From: Mobula hypostoma
Lineage: Eukaryota
DNA: 64,000 nucleotides
Assembly (NCBI RefSeq): GCF_963921235.1
Contig: NC_086107.1
Span: forward strand, 95,854,001-95,918,000
Direction of reading: 5' to 3'
Part shown: in pieces, positions 24,740 to 39,063 of the stretch
How positions within the stretch are numbered: the stretch's first letter is position 1
How the letters are laid out: each line of letters starts with the position of its first letter
Program-made: the position numbers and the translations under genes
The notes under the pieces: generated by a model
Databases searched by the model: none
The model's input: the letters and a program-made list of their open reading frames with translations, nothing else
What the model was told of the DNA's origin: nothing

Positions 24740-27700
24740 TAGAACACTGCAGCACAGGAACAGGCCATTCGGCCAATCTAGTCCATGCCAATCATTGATG
24801 CTGCCTAGTCCCACCAACCTGAACCCAGACCATAAGACATAGGAGCAGAATTAGGCTATTTGGCTCATTGAGTCTGCTCTGCCATTCAATTGCAGCTGAT
24901 CATGTTCACCCCTCCTCAGCCCCACATAGCCCTAAATATCCTTTCCATCTATGTAGTACCTATCCAAATTTCTCCCAACTGTTGAAATCAAACCCGCTTC
25001 CACTGGCAGCTTGTTCCACACTCTTGCCACCCTCTGAGTGAAGAAGATCTCCCTCATGTTCCCCTTAAACATTTCACCTTTCACCCTTAACCCATGACTT
25101 CTAGTTCTAGTCTCACCTAACCTCAATAGAAAAAGTCTGATTGCATTTACCCTATCTATATCCTTCTTAATTTTGTACACCTCTATCAAATCTTCCCTCA
25201 TTCTCCTATGCTCCAGGGAATAAAGTCCGAATCTGTTCAACCTTTCACTATAAGTTAGGTCCTCAATATCCTTGTAAATTTTCTCTGCACTTTTTCCATC
25301 TTATTGTTATCTTTCCTGTAGGTGATAAGAACTGTGCACAATACTCCAAATTAGGCCTCACCAACATCTTATACAACTTCAAGATAACATCCCTATTCCT
25401 GTACTCAATACTTTGATTTATGAAGACCAAGAGCCAAAAGCTCTATTTGCAACCTTATCTTCCACTTTCAAAGAATTGTGGATCTGTACTCCCAAATCCC
25501 TCTGTTCTACCACTCCCTGTGTAAGCCGTACCCTAGTTGGGCCTCCCAAAGTGCAACACCTCATACTTATCTGTATTAAGTTCATCTGCCATTGTTCAGC
25601 CCATTTTTTTCCAGCTGGTCTAGGTCCCGCTTCAAGCTTTGATAATCTTCCTCACTCTCCATTGCACCCTCAATCTCAGTGTCATCTGCAAATTTGCTGA
25701 TCCGCATTATCATCCAGATCGTTGATGTAGATGACAAACAACAACGGATCCAGCACTGATCCCTCTGGCACTCCACTAGTGATAGGCGTCCAGTCAGAGA
25801 GGCAACCATCTACTACCACTCTCTGATTTCTCCCACTAAGCCAATTTATAATACAATTTCCTACCTCATCCTGAATGCCAAACAACTGAATCTTCTTGAC
25901 TAACCTCCCAGGCGGGACCTTGGCAGAGGCCTTGCTAAAATCCATCCATTGCCATTCTTTCATCAACTTTCCTGACACTTCCTCAAAACAACTCTGGAAG
26001 AGTGCTTAGACATGGCCTGCCATGCACAAATTCATGTTGACTATCCCTAATCAGTCACTGTCTATCCAACTAATTGTATACCTGGTCCCTTAAGACACCT
26101 TCCAATAACTTACCTAATACTGATGTCAGGCTTATTGGTCTATAATTTCCCATTTTATTCTTAGATCCATTCTTAAACAACTAAACTCCAATCCTCCAGT
26201 AGCTCACCCATGGCAAAGGACATTTTAAATACCTCTGCCAGCACCCCTACAATTTCTGTACTAGCCTCCCATAAGTTCTAAGGGAACACATTGACAATCC
26301 CTGGGATTTATCCATCCTAATTTCCTTCAACACAGCAAACATCTCTTCCTCTGTAGTCCATATAAGGTCCATTGTCTCATTACTATTTTGCCTCACTTCT
26401 ATAAACTCTGTGTCTGTTTCCTGTGTAAATAAAGATGCAATAAGTCCATTTGAGATCTTCTCCATCTCTCTTGGCTCCATGCATAGATGGCTACTCTGAT
26501 TTTCAAAAGGACCAATTTTGTCTCTTACTTTATTTTTGTATTTAATATATCTATAGAAACCCTTTGGATTCTCATTCAGTTTGTCTGCTGGAGCAACCTT
26601 GTACCTTTTTTAACCCTTCTGATTTCCTTCTTAAGTGAGTTTCTTATTCTCCTCCTCAGGTTCCCCATTTGTTCGTTCCTGCCTATACCACCTTCTTTTT
26701 AAACAGGGCATCAATATCTCCTGAAACTCAAGGTTCCCCAAACCTCCTCTCCTTGCCTGTGCTCTTACCAAGTACAGCTTTCCCAGTATGCAATCTGTCC
26801 CGATCCACACTTGCCAGACCCTTTCTGATACCATCAAAATTGGCTTTTCTCAATTTAGAATCTCAACCCAAAGACCAGACCGATCCTTCTTTATAATTAT
26901 GGTGAAACTAATGGCATTATGATCACTAAATCGAAAATGTTCCCTCACACACACTCCTGTCACCTGCCCTGTCTTGTTCCTTAGTAGGAGGTCCAGTATC
27001 ACGCTCTCTCTAGTTGCAAACACTGAAGTTTGATTAAGGAAACTTTCCTGAATGTATTTAACCATCTCTATCCCATCCAGCCCTTTTACAGTATGGGATT
27101 CCCAGTCAATATGTGGAAAGTTAAAATCACCTACTATCACAACCTTATGTTTCTTACAACAGTCTGCGATCTCTCTACAAATTTGCTGTAATAAATCTCG
27201 CTGACTATTGGGTGGTCTAGAATATAATCCCATTAACATGGCCATCTCTTTCTTCTTCCTCACTTCCACCCATATAGCCTAGTATTGCCTCCACTCCTCC
27301 TTCCCGCTCTGCCATGTCGAAAAAACAATGGAACCCTGAAAAACTGAGCGGCCAGTCCTGCCCAGCCTGCACAAGTCTCACTAATGACATCAGTGTCATA
27401 ATTACACGTGCTGATCCATTCTCTAAGACCATCTGCCTTTCCTACAATACTCTTTGCACTGAAATAGATGCAGCTCAGAGCCCATCATGCTCAACCTTTT
27501 GATTCCTGTCTTTGTATGCAGACTTTTTCCACATCTTTTTTCACAACCACTCCACTATCTGCTCTGGCGTTCTGCTTTCCATCCCCCTGCGACTCGAGTT
27601 TAGACCAGCTAGTGCAGTACTAGCAAACCTACCTGTAAGGATATTTGCCCTTCTCTGGTTCAAGTGCAAACTGTCGCTTCTGTAAAGGTCCCACCTTCCC

Positions 27701-28900
27701 TGGAAGGGAACCCAACAATCCAAAAGTCTGAAGCCCTCCCTCCTGCACCAGCTCCTTAGCTATGTGTTGAACTGGATTGTCCTATTTCTGGCCTCCCTGG
27801 CAAGTGCTATGGGTAGCAATCCTGAGATCACGGCCCTGGAGGTCTGAACTTTATCTTGGCATCTAAACTTTATCTAATCTCGTTTTGCAGGACCTCCACC
27901 CTTCTTACCAATGTCATTGATACTGACATTGTCCGCTGTTCACCCTCCAACTTAAGAACACTATGGACTCAATCGAGGTGTCTCTGATCCTGGCACTCGG
28001 GAGGCAACATACTATCCAGGAATCTTGTTCTCATCCTCATAACCTCCTGTCTATTCCCCTAACCAATGAATCCCCCATCACTACAGCTCACCTCCTCTCC
28101 CTGCACCCCCCCCCAACCTTCCCTTCTGAGCCCCAGAGCCAGATTCAGTGCCAGAGGTCTGACCTTTGTGGCTTTCCTCTGCTAGGTTATCCTTCTCAAC
28201 AGTCTCCAAAGTGGTATACCTTCTATTGAGTGGAGTGGACTGGCCACATGGGTACCCTGCACTAACTGCCTATCCCCTTTCCCCCTTCTGATAGTCAGCC
28301 ATTTACCTGTGTCCTGCACCTTCAGTGTAACTATCTTCCTGTATCGCCTGTCAACCTATCCCTTTGCCTCCCAAATGATCTCTTGTCCATCCAGCTCTCA
28401 TTCCAATTCCTTAACAAGGTCTGTAAGAAGCTGCAGCTGGATGCACGTCTTGTCAGTGTGGTTAGTCATCAGTGACACTGGAGGTCTCCCTACTTTCCTA
28501 CATCCCACAAGAGGAGCATTCCACTATCCAGCCTGGCATCTCCACTGCTCTGGCTGTGCGATGAAATAGAAAGAAAAATTAAACGAAGAAATCTACCTAC
28601 AGCCGTCACCTCTCCTTGCCGTAGCCTCTAGGAGTCAAAGCCTAAACTTCCCACTCTAACACTAGCCCATTCCCACAATGACCGCTCCCACAATCGTCAC
28701 TCCACTTAAACCCAATTCTTATTATTGGCCCTTGCCAAGTGCCTAATTACCCCATGATATGTGGCACATTGACTGTCCCAACTGCTGCTGCTTACTACTT
28801 TTTTAAATCTCGCTCTCGCTATGCACAATCCAACAGCTCCCAGTAACCTGTGGCATCCAGAGTGTCTCAGCCACCCCCCGTTCACTTTTTTTTCCAAATG
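24740..28900 (-). mobile_element. Near-full-length decayed CR1 LINE (ORF1 esterase plus ORF2)
   Basis: WDLYRSDSLHLN, YSRPPNSQ, VGDFNFPHIDW, VPEGSVLDP, FADDT and RMREDLIEVYK remnants in collinear order. Confidence 0.85.
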
Positions 28901-29054
28901 TCTCTCCTGCTACGCACAATCTAAAGGCGCCTAGTGATCTGTAGTGTGCAGAATGACCTCTGTCCCGGAATATTCTGGAATATGGGTCAGAAGCTAGACG
29001 CTTCCTGACAGTCATCTCACTTCAAGGTGCAACATGCAGTAATCATGCAAACCA

Positions 29055-30040
29055 GTGAAACTGCAGGTGCTGGAAATCTCAGAGAAAAGCATAATATGTA
29101 GGAAATACTCGGTAGGTCAGGAAGCATCTGTGGGAAGAGAAGCAGTTAACTCTTTGTCAGAGCTCGTTAAACAGCAGGAAGGGTGGGGGAGGGGCGTTGC
29201 TGAGAGGGTGAAACTGGGGTGACGTGTGGGTGAGCTGGTTACTGGTCAGGGACTGAATGGGAACAGTTAGAGAATGAGAAGAGAGACAAAAGAACGTGAG
29301 AGTTGTGAAATAGAGAGCAGGAAGGCATGTCCAATCTGATCACAGCTGTTTCGTGGTGAACATCTCCCAACTGGAGTTACTGGCTGTGGCCATGGAGATC
29401 AACCCCAGAATGTGACACATTTAATTAAGGGGTCAGTCTGTAAGTGGGATCTGGTGCATATTTGGTGGCTTCTGTCCTAAACTCCAGCAGTGTAACAGGC
29501 AGTAACTAACTAACTAATGCGTTGTATGTGTGGAGGCTGGTGCGGTTGAAAGGTGAGAACTGGGATTCTTTGTCTTGCTCTGTCCAGAAAAAGGAGCAGT
29601 GAGATTGGAGGTGTTGGAAATGGTTGAGATGCAGACAAGAACTCTCTCCACTATATTAGAAGGAAGCCATGCTTCAGGAAGGAGAAAAATTTCACTGAGG
29701 CATCTGTGCAGTAAGTCTTGAGATCAAAGCCAATGTGACAGGGATGGAGGAGCTGAGAGATTGGAATAGTTCAGTGGAGATGGTGTGGGAGGAAATAAAG
29801 TCAAGGTACTTTGTGGGAGTTATGCGGGCGTGCTGGGGATGTTGATAGCTAGCCCATGAGATGGAGACAGGGAAAGGGGAGAAGTTGGGGATGAACTGTG
29901 TGAAGGAGCGAGCGGGGAATTAGGATGCAAAAGTGATGAAGATATTGAGATCTGCATGAGTGCGGGGAGTAGCAATGGAGTTGTGTGAGGGGACCCAGGT
30001 AGCAGTGAAACAAAAACCCTTCTCTATCTACCTAGCACGA
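29055..30040 (-). mobile_element. Highly decayed Penelope-like fragment with pLTR
   Basis: 29060-29150 matches the pLTR family seen at 41990-42120, 53430-53550 and 56700-56880. Confidence 0.5.
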
Positions 30041-30287
30041 CGTACACAGCTTGGGCCATGTGACTGCCTGTAGCTGGAGGGTATGTACTGAGAAAGCTGC
30101 ATTGTCCAAGGTGCAAGGTTTGAGACTGGAGGGTTTGGTGTGGGGTGAAGAGAAAATCCACGTATCTATCTTACCCTCTGTGCCACTCTCCCAGCAATAT
30201 ATCATTTCCTCTGCATTCTGGAGGCATAATCAGGTGATGGGTTTTCACTTTGGGAGGAGCAAAAGTAACAAGGCTTGTGTTGTCCAG

Positions 30288-30414
30288 GTGATCTTCCATC
30301 CAGAGTTCCTGTCATCCACCAGCCCACTGCTTCCACTTGACTACGAGGAGTTTGTACGTGGTTGTCATTTGGGAGTCTTTCCCTCGTACTATGAGCCTTG
30401 GGGTTACACGCCAG
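30288..30414 (+). CDS. GYS1: Glycogen synthase exon (human exon 12 equivalent), GT3 catalytic region
   Basis: tgtccAG / GTgagt; 127 nt; [42 protein letters not shown], containing the first Glu of the E-X7-E motif. Confidence 0.98.
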
Positions 30415-30704
30415 GTGAGTGGAGGAATCAGCACTCGCACTTGGAACTAGGCGGAGTGGATGTATCTGAGCAAGTGGACTGAACTTATTTCCTCTCTACA
30501 TAACATCTATATCTTGCTTTTTCCTGCACCTATCTAAGAACTTCTTGAATGCCTCATTTGTATTGCCTCCAGCACCCTCCCCTCCCGACAGAATATTCAA
30601 GGCACCCACCCAACTCTGTGTAGACAACCTGTCTGCTCATTTTCCCCGAACTTGCCCCTCCCACCACTCAGCCATATCTTCAATCTCCCTCCTATATGAT
30701 TCAT

Positions 30705-31640
30705 CACCACCTTTTTATTCAGCTGACCACAGTAGTGTCATCAGCAAACTTAAATATGGCCTTGGAGCTGTGCTTAGCCTCACAGTCTTTAGTATAAAGT
30801 GAGTAGAGCAGGGGGCTAAGCACACAGCCTCGTGGTGCACCTGTTCTGATGGAGATTGTGGGAGAGATTTTGTTGCCAATCTGAACTGACTGGGGTCTGC
30901 AAGTGGGGAAATCCAGGATCCATTTTACAAGGAAGTATTGGAGCTTATTGATTAGTTTTGAGGGGATGATGGTATTGAATGCTGAGCTGTAATCAATAAA
31001 GAGCATCCTGACGTATGCATCTTTGCTGTCCAGATGTTCCAGAGTTGAGTGATGAGCCAATGAAATGGCATCTGCTGTGGACCTGTTGTGACAGTAGGTA
31101 AACTGGAGTGGATCCAACTCACTTCTCAGGCAAAAGTTGATATGTTTCATCACCAACCAGTCAGAACACTTCATCGCTGTGGATGTAGGTGCTATTCACA
31201 TTCTTCTTGGGCACCGGTAACTGAAGCCTGCTTGAAGCAGGTGGGGTACCTCAGACTGCTGAGATGAGAGCTTAAAGATACCGATGAACACTCCAGCCAT
31301 TTGATCAACCAGGCACCCCGTCTGGGCTGGATGCTTTCCATGGGTTCACCCTCCTGAAAGATGCTCTCATGTCAGCCTCAGAGACTGAAATCACAGGGTC
31401 ACTGGGGGCTGTGAGAGTTCATGAAGGTTCCTCCATGTTTTGATGGTCATAGTGAGCATGGAAGGCATTGAGCTCATCTGGAAGCTAAGCTCTGTTGTCT
31501 CCCGTATTGCTTGGTTCCACTTTGTAAGAGGTAATAGCATTCAAGCCCTGCCACAGCTGTCAACCATTCGCCAGTGACTCATGTTTGACCTGGAATTGCC
31601 GCTTCACAGGTGAGATGGTTTTCTGGAGACAGTACCTGGA
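30705..31640 (-). mobile_element. Rex1/Babar-like LINE RT fragment
   Basis: [61 protein letters not shown]. Confidence 0.88.
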
Positions 31641-32139
31641 CTTGGAGCCCAAGATCTTCTGCACATCAACACTGAGGATCCTGCCATTATCAGTGCACTG
31701 TCTATTTACATTTGACCTCCTGAAGTTCAACATGTCACACTTGCCAGTGAGGGAGTTACTGACTGCCACAGGAACCAGACTGCTGACAAGGATAACAGGT
31801 CATATTGACTTAGCTACTACACAGGCCAAAAGTAACTTCTAATGAGTGCAGCAAAGCACTCCTGTTTGAAACATACAGAAGCTGATGGCACAGATGGTCT
31901 AAACAGATGACTGAAGGAGGCTTTTCAAACCGCACTTTCCTCTTCTGGCTTTATGCAGTAACTCCCCTGTCCCTGATTAATGTGAAGTCTTGTCCCTTTG
32001 GGGTGTGACTCCTGCTTCAGGTTGAAGGGAGAGTTCTTTTATTTCTCTGTCTTATTATTCAATTATTTTCCCTCTTTATTTCACCCTTGCTCCTTTATTT
32101 GAATTACAATTACATTTATTTAAAATTATTTGAATAACA

Positions 32140-32955
32140 AGATCAATATAAATTTAGTATCGAAGTACCTACAGTATATGTCACCATATACTACCTTGAA
32201 ATTCATTTCCTTGAAGGCATTTACAAGAAAATAAAGAAATACAATACAACATATGAAAAGCTGTACATAAAGACTGACAAACAACCAATGTGCAAAAGAA
32301 TGCAAATTGCGGAAATAATAAATATTTAAATGTTACCGACAAAAGGAGTTGTAAAGTTCCTGAAAGTGAGTCTGTGGGCTGTGGAAGTAGTTCAGATTTG
32401 ATGAGTGAAGTTATCCACATCAGTTCAGGAGCCTGATGAGTGTAGGATAATAACTGTTCCTGAACTTGGTGGTGTGGGACCTAAGACTCCTGGACCTCCT
32501 TCCCAATGGGAGCAGCGAGCAGAGAACATGACGTGGGTGGTGGGGTTCCTTGATAATGGATGCTGCTTTCTTGTGACAGCGCTCCTTGTAAATGTGTTCA
32601 ATAGTGCCAAGATTGACTGGGCCGTATCCACTACTTTCTGTAGATGTTTCTGTTCCTGTGATTGGTGTTTCCATACAAGGCTGTGAAACGATCAGTAAGG
32701 ATACTCTCCAAGGTACACCCATAGAAATTAGTCAAAATTTTAGGTGACATGCTGAATGTACACAAAGTTTTAATAAAGTTAAGGCACTGCTGTGTCTTCC
32801 TTGTGATGGTACTTAAGCACTGGTACCAGATCAGATCCTCTGATATGATAACGCCAGGGAATTTAAAGTTAGAGCGGGGGGCTAAGCACACAGGCTTGTG
32901 GTGCACCTGTGCTGATGGTTATTGTGGAGGAGATGTTACTAATCCGCACTGACTG
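32140..32955 (-). mobile_element. Rex1/Babar-like LINE 3' fragment
   Basis: SLLPLGRRSRSLRSHTTKFRNSYYP; LTNFYGCTLESILT. Confidence 0.75.
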
Positions 32956-32967
32956 AGATTAAATACT

Positions 32968-33272
32968 AAAGGCATCCGTTAGTCTTGCGAGATCATGGAT
33001 CTGCGCCTGGAAAGTCTTCACTCTCCAGGGCGCAGGTCTGGGCAAGGTTGTATGGAAGACCAGCAGTTGCCCATGCTGCAAGTCTCCCCTCTCCATGACA
33101 CCGATGTTGTCCAAGGGAAGGGCATTAGGACCCATTGGGCTTGGCATCAGTGTCGTCGCAGAGCAATGTGTGATTAAGTGCCTTGCTCAAGGACACAACA
33201 CGTTGCCTCGGACTCGAACTCATAATCTTCGGGTCGCTAGTCCAATGCCTTAACCACTTGGCGACGTGCCCA
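32968..33272 (-). mobile_element. tRNA-headed SINE, copy 2
   Basis: Near-identical to 13716-14025. Confidence 0.8.
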
Positions 33273-36149
33273 CACACTGACTGAGATACGTAGGTGATTA
33301 CATCAGGGATCCAGTTGCACAGACGAACAGACAGGGTGTTGGAGCAGGCCTGTCAGCCCACCAGTACTGTGTTGACCACATTCTCCCATCCTGGTGGTCG
33401 TCTGTCGTGTCCCACGATGATAGGATTCCTTTGGGAGAAGAGTTTTTAAAGTTGAAAAGCCGTTGCACTAGGGCAGTTCCACTCTTTTGGCCTCAGAAGT
33501 CCAGGTCCAGTGGTATGAGTAGTCATCACAACTAGGGTCTTCCTTGGTTACGGTGGATGACCGCGTCGTCTTCTGCGCCTTGTCGTGCCCTTCGCTCTCC
33601 ACAAACCATTGCAGAACCGAATTCCTGGCCGTTGGGATCTCCCTGTTGATCTCAGCCACCCAGTCCGCTGGACCTGACTTTGCACGCTAGGACAGGCATG
33701 TCCCCGTCTCACCGAGGTACGAGGCCCCCCAGCTACCCCCGCCTGGTTTAACGTGCCTGTCAAAGTGGTGTGCCGGAGCATGGCTGCTGTCGAATCCTAA
33801 CAGCTACTTGGACCCACGGGTGAGAGCTGTGTCCAGTGGGGACCAAAGGTGAGTAAGGTGCCCTAGAACGAGCACAACAAGCCATTCAGCAGAGGTGCTA
33901 CCCCTCCCTGGACACTCCACACACCTCAACACCTCCCATCCTACATCCATCCCAATTCCCTTTCTCCGCACATTCTCACTCTAAATTCTACCTTTCACCT
34001 ACGCACCAGGGGCTATTACAGAGACCAATGAACATGCTAACTCGCATATCTTTGGGATGTTCGAGGCAACTTGATCACCAGTGGAAACTCACATGGTCAC
34101 AGGGAGAACACGTAAAGTCATAACAGACAGCACCATAGGGCAGGATTGAACCGGAGTCCCTGGCACAGAGACACCCCATTCTCATTACAACAGCACTCAG
34201 GTCCTCTTCAGTAACTTTAAATAAGAACTTTAGAAGCAGGAGCAGGCCATATGCTCCTCAAGCATTTTCTACCTTTCAGGAAGATCTTCACTCATTCAAC
34301 ATTTGTCCTTTAGTCTACTTTCTTGTCTCATCCTCTTAACCCTGAATTTTCCTATGGCTCAACAATCTTCAGTGTTTGGACTGGATGGTGAAATCTGGGC
34401 CCGGAGCGAGTTGCTGGGTGGCGTGATCTAGGCCCAAAGCCTTTCGCTGCAGTGGTGTCCGGGTCCTAGTACGAGGTATGATACGCAGTTTAGACAGTTT
34501 AAACACTGACCCAGATAGACTGGAAAGACAGGATGTCAGGATCAGAGGCGAGAGCTGGATTTTCTTGCTCTCCCATGATGTTCATTCCTCTCTTCGTGGT
34601 GCTGAGGCTATGAAGATTACCCTGGCTGCTGTGCTCCATACCTGCTAACATGATGAACTGACACTGGGCTGCTCTGGGGTTCGGACCTAAGGACTCATTT
34701 TGGTTTGGAATGTTGTTCCTCGCTTCTGTTGTTTGCATGATTTGTGTTTATTCCCCCTTTTCTTGCACTTTGGGTGTTGGTCTTTATTTTATTTTTAAAA
34801 TTAGGTTCTTTCAGATTTCTTGCTTTGTGACAAACAAATCTTAAGGTTGTACAATTTATACATTCTTTGATAATAAATGTACTTTGAAACTTTGAATAAA
34901 TTAAATGATGCACAGCACAATTTCCATTTTCCACATCACAGACTCTTTATCATCCTTGTGACTGGGACTGTGTGAATGGCAGCAAGGTAGCATAGTGGTT
35001 AGTGCAACGCTTTACAGTACCGACGGCCCAGGTTCAATTCCCGCCTCTGCCTGTAAGGAGTTTGTACGTTCTCCCCTTCACCCCGTGTGTTTCCTCCGGT
35101 TGGTAGGTTAATTAGTCATTGTAAATTGTTCTGTGATTAGGCTTGGGTTAAATTGTGGGGGGTGGGGGGCTACTGGATGGTGCAACTCGAAAGGCCAGAA
35201 GGACCTATTCTGCACTGTAGCTCAATCAATAAATAAATACTGGGAGTGTGGAATTGATTGCTCCTTTCAGCTTAAGGTCTGCATTCTCTATGTGGATCTG
35301 CTCTTCAGGCTACCTAGACAGATCTCTGTCCTAACAAGCGCTTCCTAATACCCCAATGCTCATTCCCCAGCATAGGCTCATGATATTATTAAAAAGAGCT
35401 GGTTGGCAAGGTTGATTCTGCAATGATATTCAGGCCCTTAGACAATGATGGGGACTGGTTACAGCTCCTCATGTTCAGATCAGTACAGATGATGAACTGA
35501 GCTCCGGAAATTTCAGTCTGTTTGGGATGGATGAGCTTCCTGCACACAGTACAACTGCCCTGTATAGCGATACAGGTCTGGAAGTCAATAGGTTAGACAG
35601 GCTTCTGGTATGTTCTCTGGAGTGATGAAGGCTCAGGGGCATCTTGATAAAGCTATAAAATGATGAGAGGCACAGGGAGGGTAGATGGTCTTTTTCTGAG
35701 GGTGGAAATATTGAATATTGGAAGACAAAAGTTTGAGGTGATGGGGGGAGGTTTTAAGGGTGAGATGTTTTTGTGCAGGGGGAGGTTTGTGCCTGGAACA
35801 CTTTTGACTGAGGAGGTTGCTAAAGCAGATTTCAGAACAATAGTTAAGAGGCATTGAGACTTACACATGAACATTCAGGGATCGTGGTTGGCACAGATAA
35901 GGTGGCAAGAAGGGCCTGTTTCAGTGCTGTACAGGAGCTCAGGACCCACACCACCAGGTTCAGGAATAGTTATTAGCCCTCAACCATCAGGGGATAACTT
36001 CACTCATCCCAGCACTGAAATGATCCCACAACCTATGGGCTCCCTTTCAAGGACTCTTCATCTCATGTTCTCAATATTTATTGCTTATTTGTTTATTATT
36101 ATTATTATTATTATTTCTGCTTTTTGTATTCTGGCTGAATGCCCTGGTC

Positions 36150-37563
36150 AGAATCAGAATCAGGTTTATAATCACCGGCTTGCATGTGAAATTTGTTGAC
36201 TTAGCAGCAGCAGTTCAATACAATACCAAATATAGAAGAAAAATAATAATAAATAAATAAATAAATTGCAGTATACTTGTATTGAATAGTTTAAATTTGT
36301 GCAAAAAATGAGAAATAATATATATTTTAAAAGTGAGGTACTATTCATGGGTTCAATGTCCATTTAGGAATCGGATGGCAGAGGGGAAGAAGCTGTTCCT
36401 GAATTGCTAAGTGTGTGTCTTCAGGCTTCTGTACCTTCTACCTGATGGTAACAATGAGAAAAGGGCATGTTCTGGGTGCTGGGGGTCCTTAATAATGGAC
36501 ACTGCTTTTCTGAGACTCCGCTCCTTGAAGATGTCCTGGGTACTTTGTAGGCTAGTACCCAAGATGGAGCCGACTAAGTTTACAACCCTCTGCAGCTTCT
36601 TTCGGTCCTGTCAGTAACCCCACCATACCAGTGATGCAGCCTGTCAGAATGTTCTGCACAGTACATCTATAGAAGTTTTTGAGTGTATTTGTTGACATAC
36701 CAAATCTCTTCAAACTCCTAACGCAGTCTTGCCTTCCTTATAACTGCATCCATATATTGGGACCAGGTTAGGTCCTCAGAAGTCTTGACACCCAGGAACT
36801 TGAAACTGCTCACTCTCTCCACTTCTGATCCCTCTATGAGGATTGGTATGTGTTCCTTTGTCTTACCCTTCCTGAAGTCCACAATCAGCTCTTTCATCTT
36901 ACTGATGTTGAGTGCCAGGTTGTTGCCGTGACACCACTCCACTAGTTGGTATATCTTGTTCCTGTACGTCCTCTCGTCTCCATCTGAGATTCTGCCAATG
37001 ATGGTTGTATCATCAGCAAATTTATAGATGGTATTTGAGCTATGCCTAGCCACACAGTCATGGGTATATAGAAAATAGAGCAGTGGGCTAAGCACATACC
37101 CCTGAGGTGCACCAGTGTTGATCGTCAGCGAGGAGGAGATGTTATCACCAATTCACACAGATTATGTTCTTTCAGTTATGAAGTCGAGAATCCAATTGCA
37201 GAGGAAGGTACAGAGGCCGAGGTTCTGTAACTTCTCAATCAGGATTGCGGGAATGATGGTGTTAAATTCTGAGCTACAGTCAATGAACAGCATTCTGACA
37301 TAGGTGTTTGTGTTGTCCAGGTGGTCTAAGGCCATGTGAAGAGCCATTGAGATTGCGTCTGCCGTTAACCTATTGTGGTGATAGGCAAATTGCAATGGAT
37401 CCAGGTCCTTGCTGAGGCAGGAGTTCAGTTTAGTCATGACCAACCTCTCAAAATATTTCATCACTGTAGATGTGAGTGCTACTGGGTGATAGTCATTAAG
37501 ACAGCTCGCATTATTCTTCTTGGGTATTGGCATTATTGTTGCCTTTTAGAAGCAAGTGGGAAC
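36150..37563 (-). mobile_element. Rex1/Babar-like LINE (continues 38331-38390 after the LTR insertion)
   Basis: [39 protein letters not shown]; (GAATCA)n tail. Confidence 0.9.
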
Positions 37564-38330
37564 TGTTAGAGTGAGTTTTTGGTAGATGATTCATTTACAC
37601 TTAAATGACTTTGGCCACCAGACTTCTATTTGACAAAGTACTGTGGATTGAGTCCACAACAATGCGCTTCCTAAAAAGGTGTGAATACCAGATGCTTCTG
37701 GCACCATAGTTTCACCTGATGCTGTAGTTTTGAAGACAGCATTATCTATACTTTATAAATATTAATTGTCTTCTATGTTAGCTCGTAAAATGCCAAATAA
37801 ATGTATTGTGGATTTAACTTGCATTCCTAAAGGCTGTGGATACCAACCCAGACATGTTGGCGTCGGAAGGAAAGGATGGTGTGATATTTTGTATGTAGCT
37901 TCAATAGGAAGCATTGTCTATAACTTTTTAAGTAGCGATTGCCTTTGTGTTTAGCATATAAATATCGAGCCCACATTGGGCTAGCAGACCTTTCTACTGA
38001 AAGCGTCTCCGTCCGTATGGTGCCTGCTGTACCTTGTTGTGTTGAATAAAGAAGCTTCTTTGTATCTACGCAAACAACAGGAATTCTGCAAATGCTGGAA
38101 ATTCAAGCAACACACATAAAAGTTGCTGGTGAACGCAGCAGGCCAGGCAGCATCTCTAGGAAGAGGTGTAGTCGACGTTTCAGGCCGAGACCCTTCGTCC
38201 TGAAACATCGACTGCACCTCTTCCTAGAGATGCTGCCTGGCCTGCTGCGTTCACCAGCAACTTTTATGTGTGCTGCTTTGTATCTACCAGTGACTCTGTC
38301 TCTCCGGTGATTTCAACCCATGCTACAACA
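37564..38330 (+). mobile_element. Solo LTR with 5-bp TSD
   Basis: TGTT...AACA termini; TSD GGAAC (37559-37563 and 38331-38335); TATAAA-like box at ~37957 and AATAAA at 38045. Confidence 0.8.
38070..38275. mobile_element. Penelope pLTR fold-back insertion
   Basis: 74-bp inverted arms (38111-38184 and 38199-38272); TSD CTTTGTATCTAC on both sides; sequence matches the pLTR at 54387-54483. Confidence 0.85.
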
Positions 38331-38666
38331 GGAACTGCTGCCTGTAACAGTGAGAGTTTGAAAATATCCTTGAACACTGTGCTTGAAATTTCCTGGTTGG
38401 GTGGGTCTTCCACTGATTCTGTTGTGCTTATTATTCCAGAGATTTATTGAGAATGCCCACAAGAAATTGAAACTCAGGGTTGTATATGGTGACATATATG
38501 TACTTTGATAATAAATTTACTTTGAACTTTGAATTTTGTATAGTTCTATGTATTCCAGAAATGGCGACACCAGGGACTGCGGAGGTACGAAGGGTGTGGG
38601 ATGCCCCATGTGTAGTGCTTGTTGTGTTGTGTTTGATCTGCCTCTGAGTGCTTTTTCCTCTTCTAG

Positions 38667-38762
38667 CCGAATGCACAGTGCTGGGAATTCCCAGTGTCTC
38701 CACTAACCTCTCTGGTTTCGGCTGCTTCATGGAGGAACACATCACAAACCCATCAGTATACG
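38667..38762 (+). CDS. GYS1: Glycogen synthase exon (human exon 13 equivalent)
   Basis: ttcctcttctAG / GTgagg; 96 nt; (A)[31 protein letters not shown](G). Confidence 0.97.
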
Positions 38763-39063
38763 GTGAGGATCAGTGATCGATGCTGTCTGAGCCGCAATCA
38801 GATAAGGTCACCCCGTCCTCCTCGTTTCTGGTCCTTTAGCCCTGACATCCCTCTACTCGAAATCAGGTGCTTGTAGACAATATTTAGGTTTGGTCAATTA
38901 ATCTGATCAAATGTGGGAGTGGGACAGACACCAAATGAAACTCTCAGCAATGTCATCAATGGGCACTGACCAAGGCTGCTTTAGAATTCCAAAGCAACCA
39001 GGAATGCCCATGGTTTTGCATGGGAAGTAAGTTGTATTGAATGTACTGATCTTTCTCTCCCAG

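Noticed and set aside
30051..30482. 143-aa ORF as a standalone gene
   Set aside because: Only 30288-30414 is coding; the rest is intron read-through.
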